From IMG/VR virus record IMGVR_UViG_3300032216_000564, positions 1 through 41,124 of that record: DNA of 41,124 nt; one strand, written 5' to 3'. Both the position numbers and the translations under genes were made by a program. Below, one piece after another: positions 10,602 through 18,841 of this stretch; position 1 is the stretch's first letter; each line of letters starts with the position of its first letter. This DNA is from a virus (Duplodnaviria > Caudoviricetes). The notes under the pieces were generated by a model. The model was not told the origin of the DNA, did no database searches, and worked only from the letters and a program-made list of their open reading frames with translations.

Positions 10602-10790
10602 TCGCCAGACTCTTATTCCTTTAACATGGTCTTCTATAACAATTTTGTGAACAAACTGAAACTCCAGACGTTCACTTTCTTTTTGTATAGCTTTGATAGC
10701 TGATTCTGTATCAATAGCAGGTATAAAGATAGAAGAGCCTGGTACAAATGCAGGCCAATCAATCTGATAATTTACGCCGTTAGTGAACAC
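10596..10790 (-). CDS. Small hypothetical protein (~64 aa)
   Basis: Probable GTG start at 10790 overlapping the primase end. The ORF-track start at 10868 overlaps the primase by 89 nt. Its stop abuts the stop of the giant gene. Confidence 0.55.
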   Translation of the reverse strand: MFTNGVNYQIDWPAFVPGSSIFIPAIDTESAIKAIQKESERLEFQFVHKIVIEDHVKGIRVWRL

Positions 10791-13626
10791 TTCGTGGTAT
10801 ATCCAATGGTAAATCGTTAGTCTTAAGTCCTTCAAAGCTAGAGTTATCGATCCATATGCATCGAACACCTGAGCCGCTAATATCTAATCCTTTTTGTAGC
10901 ACTTTAGAATCTCCTGATTTATACTTCAAAACCTTATTATCTTTGAGCTTTTTAATAAAATCCTCGTAATCTACGTTACCAAGATCTTTTAAGTATGAGC
11001 GCATTATACCTACAGGAATGTATATTGTGTTAGTATCTGGTTCAATTCTTACACGTAATTCATTGATTGGCTTTAATAAAGGAGCTTCTTGCAATCCTGT
11101 TCGTGAGTCTATGACACTATTAATTACCAAAGTGTTCTTTAAATTTTCATGTAAGAACGTAGTTAATGTTTCCATAGCATCAAAGTCACGAGCTTTAAGT
11201 TCTATTCTAGATTTATCTAACTCTAGTTTAATAGCTTGTTTTACAGGATCTAAGTTTATATTGTGTATACCTAATTGCTTGGCAATCTGAGCGCCTAAAA
11301 ATACTGCAGCTAATGTAGCAGAATACTTGCGGTCTTCTCCAGCTATGTTCCATGCCTTATCTATTTTCTCTTGGGTTTGTTTTAAAGCTATTTTTACAGA
11401 TTCAAGATTTGATATAATCCATTGAGCATATATTTCCCCTGCATGTCCATAGTTATCAAACAATCTACCAAAGTAATCATCAGCTTCTTTCTTTGTTAAG
11501 CTTGTATCTTTATCAATACGTAATTGTAAGAAACGAGCCATCTCACCTGAAGCTTTAGCATTTGATGAGAACATAACTGTTCTAAAGTCTGTATTAGAAG
11601 ATACAACGCAAATCAAATTAAAAACAGTATCGTTTTGTCTTTCTTTGTTTGTGCCGCCACTACCCATACGATTTCTACCACGTCCTGTTGACATGAACTT
11701 TAAAAACTCGTGTAATTGATCAGGTGATACTTTAGTAAATTCATCTACTGCTGCAGGTAAGTTATTCATATAACCCATACGATTAATAACTGCGTTGCCT
11801 GTATCACCCCATACTTGAATAAGCTTGGCTGACAGGTCAGGATTACCATATACGCTAGTCATAGCTTGCAATACTGTTGACTTACCTTGCCCTGATTCGG
11901 GATTATATAAATTAATTACTGCTGACTTTTCTTTTGATCTAAAGAAGGGCATAAGTAATGAACCAAATGCACAGAAGAAACCAAACGCACGTAACTCCAT
12001 ACCTGGTCTTTCATACACTGAAACAGCTTTCTTCCATTCTTCGTACGTGCCTTTCTTTTGTAGTGCTGGGTTTACATCATTTAAATCTTCAGATACAGGA
12101 ACATACTTAATACCAAAAGCACTAATCTCACGATTACCTATAACAACTTTATTATATAAACCATTCCAACCATATTGTTTATACATAGGCGTTGAGGGCT
12201 TTTGTTTTTGATCAGCATCTACTACAGCTATGATGTAATCAATAACGTTATCTAACTTCTTACCATTTCTAACAATCCCTTTAGCAACTAAAATCTTTCG
12301 AGCTTCATCACGAGACAGTAATTGTGTTAAAGGTGCTATAAATTCTTGAACACCTTCATGAGGTAAATGTAATTTAAACCATGCACAAAAACCTATAGCG
12401 TGATCATTTAATATCTCAACAAGATAAAAGTCATAGTCATAAACCATGATAGCTTCTTCGTCTTCATCAGCAGTTGTTTTGTATACGCCACCATTCTTTC
12501 CTCTAAAATATGGGAATGGATAGTCAGGTATTTGATATGTAACAACTTGACCTAACTCTTCTGATTTAGCTTGGATAACATTATCTGCTCCTTTAGAACG
12601 CAGAATAACTCTACCTAATTCTATAGGTGAAGTAATCTTACCTTTATGTTTACAGCCATCACAACCTTCAGGACGTAAGCCTTCAAATTGTCTACACGTA
12701 TGTGGACCTGGAATAGCACTAGCTTTAGCTTCGGTTCTAGCATAGTCATAATCAGGGTGATGTTTAGATATGTTGTGGATTGCTGATTCAGAGTCTTCAC
12801 AGTATGCTGCAATAGATAAACCTGAACGCCATAGAGGTTCTTCTACTGTTGACTGTTTAGTCATGATATGAACTAACTGCGCGCAGCCATCTTCTTTACG
12901 GCAACGTTCAATAATCTTCATAAACTTAGATGAGTTGTTTCCTAGTATAGCTTTTGTAGCTTCATCTAATGGACGTTTGGCTTTAGGTTTATCGGTAAGA
13001 TGAATAGGTATAAGGCTTGCTAACTCATCAAACGGAGTAGGCGTGCCTTGATTTAGCACAGTTACATCTTCAGGTTTGGCTACATCTTTATAATTCTTTG
13101 TTCCTGGAACTCGTAGAATACGAGCCATGTCAGCAGTGCAAGCACCATCAGCTTTAAGTCCATGTTTAGCACATAGAAACTTTAAGCCTTCAGCAACAGG
13201 TTGCCAAATAGCTTTATCAACAGGTTCTGTAAAAGGCCAATAACAATGTACACCTCTACCTGAGTCTACAATAGTAGGTGCAGGCAGTTGTGTTGTATCT
13301 GTGAATGAACGTAACGCTACAAGTGCGGCGTCTTTAGTTTCATAGTCTTTCCATTTACGTTTCTTTGTATCGAAACCACAGTCTATATCTAACCATAAAA
13401 TACGTTGTTCTTTTGCATTTATTTTCTTTCGTTCAGTAGGTTCAACATATGTTGAACATGCAAAGTAAACGTCTTGATTATCGCTTAGTAATTTATTTAC
13501 TACTTCAATTGCTTCATCTATGGAATTTATAAACTTAGGAACTACTACATTTTGTTGATCTTTACCGAGGACACAATAATATCCTTGATCAGGCCATACT
13601 TGTTGTAAAAATTCTTTTGTTTGCAT
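10780..13626 (-). CDS. Primase-helicase (AEP/RepB-like primase, Cys-rich linker, DUF927-like domain, P-loop ATPase)
   Basis: Primase motifs WLDID, SGRGVHCYW and ARILRVPGTKNYK; a CRQFE...CDGCKH cluster; Walker A SGQGKST; Walker B AAVDE. Confidence 0.8.
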   Translation of the reverse strand: MQTKEFLQQVWPDQGYYCVLGKDQQNVVVPKFINSIDEAIEVVNKLLSDNQDVYFACSTYVEPTERKKINAKEQRILWLDIDCGFDTKKRKWKDYETKDAALVALRSFTDTTQLPAPTIVDSGRGVHCYWPFTEPVDKAIWQPVAEGLKFLCAKHGLKADGACTADMARILRVPGTKNYKDVAKPEDVTVLNQGTPTPFDELASLIPIHLTDKPKAKRPLDEATKAILGNNSSKFMKIIERCRKEDGCAQLVHIMTKQSTVEEPLWRSGLSIAAYCEDSESAIHNISKHHPDYDYARTEAKASAIPGPHTCRQFEGLRPEGCDGCKHKGKITSPIELGRVILRSKGADNVIQAKSEELGQVVTYQIPDYPFPYFRGKNGGVYKTTADEDEEAIMVYDYDFYLVEILNDHAIGFCAWFKLHLPHEGVQEFIAPLTQLLSRDEARKILVAKGIVRNGKKLDNVIDYIIAVVDADQKQKPSTPMYKQYGWNGLYNKVVIGNREISAFGIKYVPVSEDLNDVNPALQKKGTYEEWKKAVSVYERPGMELRAFGFFCAFGSLLMPFFRSKEKSAVINLYNPESGQGKSTVLQAMTSVYGNPDLSAKLIQVWGDTGNAVINRMGYMNNLPAAVDEFTKVSPDQLHEFLKFMSTGRGRNRMGSGGTNKERQNDTVFNLICVVSSNTDFRTVMFSSNAKASGEMARFLQLRIDKDTSLTKKEADDYFGRLFDNYGHAGEIYAQWIISNLESVKIALKQTQEKIDKAWNIAGEDRKYSATLAAVFLGAQIAKQLGIHNINLDPVKQAIKLELDKSRIELKARDFDAMETLTTFLHENLKNTLVINSVIDSRTGLQEAPLLKPINELRVRIEPDTNTIYIPVGIMRSYLKDLGNVDYEDFIKKLKDNKVLKYKSGDSKVLQKGLDISGSGVRCIWIDNSSFEGLKTNDLPLDIPRSVH

Positions 13627-13729
13627 TTATCTCTCAAAATGTTGTGTTACTAAAATAGGTGGGCTACTTGCGGTTTATAAATTAATTACCGTCTAGCAAT
13701 ATATAAATAAGATGCTTTCGCCAAATGTA

Positions 13730-13957
13730 TTACTTATTAAGATTAACTATTAATTCCTTAATCTTTTGGTCAAGTTTTCTTGATGGCTTTGCTTTACCCG
13801 AAAACCAATCATACACCGTTTGCCTTGAAACGTTAAGCGCTTTCGCTACTTGACTAGCAGGGTGTTTTAGTGATATGCAGACCGCACCTAACAATGTCCC
13901 TGTAGTCTCTTTAGCTTTAGCATTTGCTTCGATAACTACTTGGGAGTAACCACGCAT
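13730..13957 (-). CDS. Cro/XRE-like HTH regulator
   Basis: ASQVAKALNVSRQTVYDWFSG is a classical helix-turn-helix. Likely ATG start at 13957. Confidence 0.8.
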   Translation of the reverse strand: MRGYSQVVIEANAKAKETTGTLLGAVCISLKHPASQVAKALNVSRQTVYDWFSGKAKPSRKLDQKIKELIVNLNK

Positions 13958-13959
13958 GA

Positions 13960-14874
13960 TTACGCCCAATCTGATACTAGATCATCTAGACTAACATCAC
14001 CTTGATCTGCTTTAGGTGCTGCTGGTTTAGGTGGAGGTGGTGCCACAGGTTTTTCTGCTGCACGAACTGTAGGTTCAGGAATATCATCAATAATTTCAAG
14101 CGGTTTAGGACGTTGAATAGGTTGTTGTTTCTTTGTTTCAAACTCTTCACCATCTTCATCTTTATTAATGTTTACTGATAATGTAATAGCACGTTTAGCT
14201 TCTTCTGAAGTTGACTTCGTGGCACATACTGCATACTCGTCATCTGTAAGAATACGAATTGCTTTGAAACCAATCTTAGTGCTTGATGAGTCTTCATCAA
14301 AAGATACGCGTGATACAACAGACATTAAGTTTTGACTATTAGCACGAACGTAATCTGTATATTCATGTAGTGGTTTACAATCTTTTGTACCATTACCAAA
14401 TATTGATTGTGCAGGTAAAGTCATTTGATATACATCACCATTCATATCATCAGCACGAACTACAGCAACACGTCTACTAAAACGACATGCTTTAGTTCCA
14501 TTAGCGCCTGAACCTTTGATATTTTGTGGACATGATAAACAATTTTCTGCTTGTTTTTCTACAACTGCTTCATCAGGTTTTTGACTATCAGATGTCCAGC
14601 ATGTTGGAGGTGGCATTTTCTCACCAGGAACATATGCTTTAGAAAAATACATTCTATGTACATGAGGTGATGCATTAACAATAACTACATCAAGTGCGTC
14701 TTGATTAGACTTCTCAACTTCTTTACCATTAACCATTAATCTAAATTTACCACCACGAATAGATATACGTTTAGCAGTTGTTGAACTACCTGTTATATTT
14801 GCGGTAAATCCATCATCTCTACGGCTGTGTGTTGCTACTGCGGTGCTACCAAATACGTCTAAATCTGTACTCAT
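13960..14874 (-). CDS. Putative single-stranded DNA-binding protein
   Basis: 304 aa with RISIRGGKF, CWTSD...CLSCPQN...KACRFSRRVAV, a Pro-rich linker and an acidic aromatic tail (LDDLVSDWA). Adjacent to the primase. Confidence 0.6.
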   Translation of the reverse strand: MSTDLDVFGSTAVATHSRRDDGFTANITGSSTTAKRISIRGGKFRLMVNGKEVEKSNQDALDVVIVNASPHVHRMYFSKAYVPGEKMPPPTCWTSDSQKPDEAVVEKQAENCLSCPQNIKGSGANGTKACRFSRRVAVVRADDMNGDVYQMTLPAQSIFGNGTKDCKPLHEYTDYVRANSQNLMSVVSRVSFDEDSSSTKIGFKAIRILTDDEYAVCATKSTSEEAKRAITLSVNINKDEDGEEFETKKQQPIQRPKPLEIIDDIPEPTVRAAEKPVAPPPPKPAAPKADQGDVSLDDLVSDWA

Positions 14875-15275
14875 ACTTCCTCCTTAGTTCTACTTTTAGT
14901 TATTCTTACTGTGTATTCACTTGTTGCTTGTAAACCTGGTGGTGCTTTGTCAGGGTTTTGTTCTAAAAACTCTTTAACTGTCGATTGAACTAATCTCTTT
15001 TCAAAGAACTCAGGCATATCATTTTCTTTTATAAACTTGTACATTTCAGGCCAATCGCTTGTCCAATATCTCGTACGTAAAGTTCTTGATAATGTTCCAA
15101 CTTTAGTTTTTAAACTAGTTACATTAAGTGTCCTACATGCTTCATTTAAAGCTAAATCAACTTTGTCTTTCTGAGTTTTAATTTCAGTAATTTGATTTTC
15201 TAGTTCATCAATTTTATCTCTCATATTGACAGAAGCCTGCATCATCTTTTCTATCTTATTGTCATCTAATTCCAT
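14871..15275 (-). CDS. Conserved replication-module hypothetical protein with N-terminal coiled coil
   Basis: AGGAGAG RBS before ATG 15275. Contains DWPEMYKFI...FEKRL...PPGL and is coupled to the SSB gene. Confidence 0.65.
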   Translation of the reverse strand: MELDDNKIEKMMQASVNMRDKIDELENQITEIKTQKDKVDLALNEACRTLNVTSLKTKVGTLSRTLRTRYWTSDWPEMYKFIKENDMPEFFEKRLVQSTVKEFLEQNPDKAPPGLQATSEYTVRITKSRTKEEV

Positions 15276-15304
15276 ATTCTCTCCTTTCAAACATTAAGGA
15301 TATT

Positions 15305-15332
15305 AGTATATCACAACTATTTACTTTGTCAA
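15305..15332 (-). promoter_or_regulatory. Sigma70-type promoter for the SSB-primase operon
   Basis: TTGACA-16 nt-TATACT on the - strand, with TGn extension. Confidence 0.7.
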
Positions 15333-15760
15333 CTTATTTCTTTATCTATTAAATGTCCATAGGTAAGTATTACCCAAAAAGCAAATTGCAATAGTTGTTT
15401 TGGGGAAGCACTGTTTTTCATACTATTAGCTTTATTACTTATTACTTGTACATTACCTTTAACATACCCTTTAGTATTATCAATTCTATCTAGTGAAGGT
15501 GAGCCTTCACAAGCACCTCTTTTACCACTAGGGCTAAATACTTTTTCTATAGGAATTCCCAATACAGGACAAGTAGTAGGTATATGTATATCTTCTTCAG
15601 ATATTGTAAAAGGCTCTCCTTTTTTTATTGATCTATGTTTAGCACTTAATAACAATATTTTTTGTGGGTTTTTTTGACTATACTCATACCCGTATAGTCT
15701 TAGTTTGTCTCTATTTTTTTCTCGCCATGTTTTCTTCCACGCTTTGACATCAAACATCAT
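15329..15760 (-). CDS. HNH-type (homing-like) endonuclease
   Basis: CPVLG...SPSLDRIDNTKGYVKGNVQVISNKANSMK with a basic N-terminus. Confidence 0.75.
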   Translation of the reverse strand: MMFDVKAWKKTWREKNRDKLRLYGYEYSQKNPQKILLLSAKHRSIKKGEPFTISEEDIHIPTTCPVLGIPIEKVFSPSGKRGACEGSPSLDRIDNTKGYVKGNVQVISNKANSMKNSASPKQLLQFAFWVILTYGHLIDKEIS

Positions 15761-17309
15761 TAAACTCCTCTTTATAAAGGTCTACTAATTTAATATGGTG
15801 ATCTATTTTGCCTTGCAACATTTTGTAAATTTTTTGTTCGACAGGCGAACCTTGTAGATGCACTACGGTCATCTTATTTTTTTGTCCCGCTCTGTCTACA
15901 CGAGCGCAACATTGTATGTATGTTTCAACAGACATCACGGGTGACCAAAACACAACTACGTTAGCTGCGTGGAGGGTAACACCATGTGATGCAGCTTGAG
16001 GTTGGATCACCAAAACTTGTGGGTCTTTTCTTTCTTGAAAGTTTTTAAATATCTCTGAACGATTATTCATAGACACATCTCCATGTATAGCTGAGCATGT
16101 GATATGGTCTTTGTTTAACTCACCCATAATCTTTTCAATACTATGTCTAAACGGGCAGAATATAAGAACTTTGTGGCTGGCTTCTTCAATGATTTCTTTG
16201 AGAGCCGTCATGCGATTAGATATATCAAACTCTATGACTTCTGACTTATCTGAATATATAGCTCCTGCACTTACTTGTAATAGTTTAGTGAGCATAACCC
16301 CTGCATTGACCACAGTAATTTCTTCACCTGAAGCTTCCATATACATATCTTTTTTAAGCTTTTTGTAATACTTATCTTGTTGTGGTGTGAGGGGAACTTC
16401 GCGAGTGGTATAAAGAACGTCAGGTAAATCTAAACATTCTTCTTTAGTGTAACGAATGGCAGGTTGTAATGTTTTAAATACAATATCCTGTGCATTAAAT
16501 CTAGGCACCCAGGTGAACTGGCTAACTTTCTGCATGACCATATCCTTAAACGTTCCTGCATATTTAGGTACGGATGCGGGGTTCACAAGTCTAGCCAGTC
16601 CATATGCGTCAGCTGGTGATTGAGCAGCGGGTGTTCCTGTCATAAGCCATAACCATGTCTGAGGTGTTACTACACGGTTCAATGACTTCCAGCGACGTGT
16701 CGTGACAGTCTTGACATAGTTTGCCTCATCGACAACTATTAAATCAAAACCGCCAGATTTAATTTCTTTCTCTACAATTTCTATTCCATCATAGTTAATA
16801 ATAACTACGTCTGTATTTTCTGCAAATACTTTCTTACGTTTCTCAGCACTACCATGAGCAATACCTACTGATCTATGCATAGCCGTTTTAAAGAAGTCTG
16901 CTTGCCATGCCGCTTGCATAATAGATAGTGGACATACTACTAACATACGTCTAACTTTACCTTGGTTCATTAGGTAATCAGCCGCCCATATGATAGCCGA
17001 TGTTTTGCCTGTGCCTGCTTCACTTAAACAATAGGCACGTCTATGTGCTGATAAGAACTCAGCAGTTGTTCTTTGATGATCAAAGGGTTTATGAATACCT
17101 GGAAAGTTATAGTCACGTGTTATAGGTGACGGAGGGTTTTTAACTTTCATGTCTGATAAGGTAAGCACTTCATCTAGTCCCCAATTCACAGCTACTTGGG
17201 TGACACCATTATCATATGATTTAAGTATCTTACTTTTAGGTATCTTATCTAATATTAAATCAGGGCGTTTTGTGTTTACAATCAACGCTTTATCTTTATA
17301 TACTTCCAA
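15750..17309 (-). CDS. SNF2-family SF2 helicase
   Basis: EAGTGKT, VVDEA, MTGTP, HGVTLHAAN and ARVDRAGQ motifs. TTG start with an AGGAG RBS. Confidence 0.9.
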   Translation of the reverse strand: MEVYKDKALIVNTKRPDLILDKIPKSKILKSYDNGVTQVAVNWGLDEVLTLSDMKVKNPPSPITRDYNFPGIHKPFDHQRTTAEFLSAHRRAYCLSEAGTGKTSAIIWAADYLMNQGKVRRMLVVCPLSIMQAAWQADFFKTAMHRSVGIAHGSAEKRKKVFAENTDVVIINYDGIEIVEKEIKSGGFDLIVVDEANYVKTVTTRRWKSLNRVVTPQTWLWLMTGTPAAQSPADAYGLARLVNPASVPKYAGTFKDMVMQKVSQFTWVPRFNAQDIVFKTLQPAIRYTKEECLDLPDVLYTTREVPLTPQQDKYYKKLKKDMYMEASGEEITVVNAGVMLTKLLQVSAGAIYSDKSEVIEFDISNRMTALKEIIEEASHKVLIFCPFRHSIEKIMGELNKDHITCSAIHGDVSMNNRSEIFKNFQERKDPQVLVIQPQAASHGVTLHAANVVVFWSPVMSVETYIQCCARVDRAGQKNKMTVVHLQGSPVEQKIYKMLQGKIDHHIKLVDLYKEEFNDV

Positions 17310-17326
17310 TGCAATCTCCTAGTGAT

Positions 17327-17366
17327 AAAAATAGACGCGCCACCGAGAGAGGTAGTGACGCGCCTA
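17327..17366 (-). terminator. Intrinsic terminator just upstream of the helicase gene
   Basis: UAGGCGCGUCAC / GUGGCGCGUCUA 12-bp stem with two G-U pairs (which only work on the - strand), followed by UUUUU. Confidence 0.7.
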
Positions 17367-17454
17367 CACTGTTAACACACAAAGTTTTTTATTATCATGA
17401 GGTCTTTGCTGTTAACTGACGTGGTTTTACCGCACTCACGTCTAGCGGGAAAAC

Positions 17455-17772
17455 TTATGTCTTGTTTCGTTTACCTTCTTTAGCTTCTTTAGCTTTAATC
17501 TTTTTACTAGGAACATTTCTCTTCAACGAATGGTCGCTGTTCCTATCATATGAATCATTTAAATTTGCATCTACAACTCGCATATTACTTGGTGTATTTT
17601 TACCACCCTTACTTAATGGAACAATATGATCTACTGCTAATCCATCACCCTTATGTACTTTACCAGCTTTTAACATCATTCGTCTAGCTTTATTTCTAGC
17701 TACTCGTTTAGCTATTTGGTCGGGTTGTGCCTTATATTCATTTTCTTTTTTATAATCTCTTTTTGTTGCCAT
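17455..17772 (-). CDS. HNH endonuclease
   Basis: VDHIVPLSKGGKNTPSNMRVVDANLN. Likely start MATKRDY at 17772 (TAATG coupling). Confidence 0.8.
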   Translation of the reverse strand: MATKRDYKKENEYKAQPDQIAKRVARNKARRMMLKAGKVHKGDGLAVDHIVPLSKGGKNTPSNMRVVDANLNDSYDRNSDHSLKRNVPSKKIKAKEAKEGKRNKT

Positions 17773-18446
17773 TATTTTCCCCAATGTGAACATGATTGAA
17801 CAGGGCAGAACTTCCGACATGCGAAGTTAGGGCTTGCATTGAAAACCCCTGTCTGATGGGCAGTATCTATCCTATGTGTTATTTTACCCCATTCAGCAAA
17901 CATTTCATCTACTTTGTCAATACTATAATCTTCCTTCAATATTTCTTTACTTACCAAGAATACCAATCCAGACTTGACTTTTAACATATCTGGAAAGTGT
18001 TTAAATATAGCTACACTAAACAATGATAACTGTCTAGTATCTGCATACTGACTTGACTTGCCTGTCTTATAATCAATTAAGGTAGCTAACTTAGTTTCAG
18101 GGTTGATAACTAATAAGTCTACAACACCACGCCACCATACGTTCGGTGCAAAGAAGTCACAAGGTTCTAGGTCTTTAGTTAAGCCTAACTTATACTCACA
18201 ATACTTGTCTCCTGGAATTGCTATTAACTTATCAAGGGTTGGCTGAAACATATTAAACTTCTCAGGCAACGCTGTTGCGTTCTTAACGTACAACTCACAA
18301 GCTTTGTGAACTTCGTTGCCATAAAGAAAATGTTCTGTATTTGGGTCTTGCTTAATATCTTTAGCTACATACAGATGATAGTATTGCTTAGGACATTTCT
18401 CAAATGTTGTAGCACTTGAGTAAGACCACGTTTTAAGTTCACTCAA
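17772..18446 (-). CDS. PD-(D/E)XK exonuclease (Cas4/RecB-like, probable Fe-S cluster)
   Basis: WSYSS...CPKQY, GVVDLL, IDYKTGK, QLSLF and a C-terminal CRKFCPVQSC. Probable TTG start at 18446 after AGGAGA. Confidence 0.85.
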   Translation of the reverse strand: MSELKTWSYSSATTFEKCPKQYYHLYVAKDIKQDPNTEHFLYGNEVHKACELYVKNATALPEKFNMFQPTLDKLIAIPGDKYCEYKLGLTKDLEPCDFFAPNVWWRGVVDLLVINPETKLATLIDYKTGKSSQYADTRQLSLFSVAIFKHFPDMLKVKSGLVFLVSKEILKEDYSIDKVDEMFAEWGKITHRIDTAHQTGVFNASPNFACRKFCPVQSCSHWGK

Positions 18447-18627
18447 TTGGAGTTCTCCTAGCAATTTCTTTTGCTATCTTTGATTTCTTTTTACCTACTT
18501 CAGCTTTATCTAATAGCTCGTATAGCTTTTTTATAGATAATGCTTTAAGTCTATCTTTACCTGTTCGTGTTTTAAACGGATCTGCATGTCTTCTACTTTT
18601 ATGCACTTGTTGTTTAGCTGTTGCCAT
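18439..18627 (-). CDS. Small basic hypothetical protein
   Basis: 62-aa ORF tightly coupled to its neighbours. Confidence 0.65.
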   Translation of the reverse strand: MATAKQQVHKSRRHADPFKTRTGKDRLKALSIKKLYELLDKAEVGKKKSKIAKEIARRTPIE

Positions 18628-18841
18628 TGTTTACCTTTTGGACTTCGCCTGTTGATTTATTAAGTTCATATTCGGGTAAAACTTCTTTCCCTACGGGTTT
18701 CATTTGATCCCATTCTTTATCTATAGGTAATTCTTCTTTTTTCTTTCTAAAAATTAAATCAAAATTCTTTTCAAACTGTTCGTTGTTTGGTTTAGATTGT
18801 AACCAATCCCCTGTTACATCATTTCGTGCGGTCTTCTTCAT
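18614..18841 (-). CDS. Hypothetical protein
   Basis: 75 aa (ARNDVTGDWLQSK...NFDLIF), TAATG-coupled to the polymerase gene. Confidence 0.65.
   Translation of the reverse strand: MKKTARNDVTGDWLQSKPNNEQFEKNFDLIFRKKKEELPIDKEWDQMKPVGKEVLPEYELNKSTGEVQKVNNGNS

Noticed and set aside
13655-13728. Hammerhead ribozyme
   Set aside because: The topology and GAAA...UH are suggestive, but the essential CUGAnGA core is absent (it reads CAAGUAG).
17772-18446. Cas4-like nuclease as a CRISPR component
   Set aside because: Stand-alone Cas4/RecB-like exonucleases are routine in phage replication modules, and no cas1/cas2 is present.
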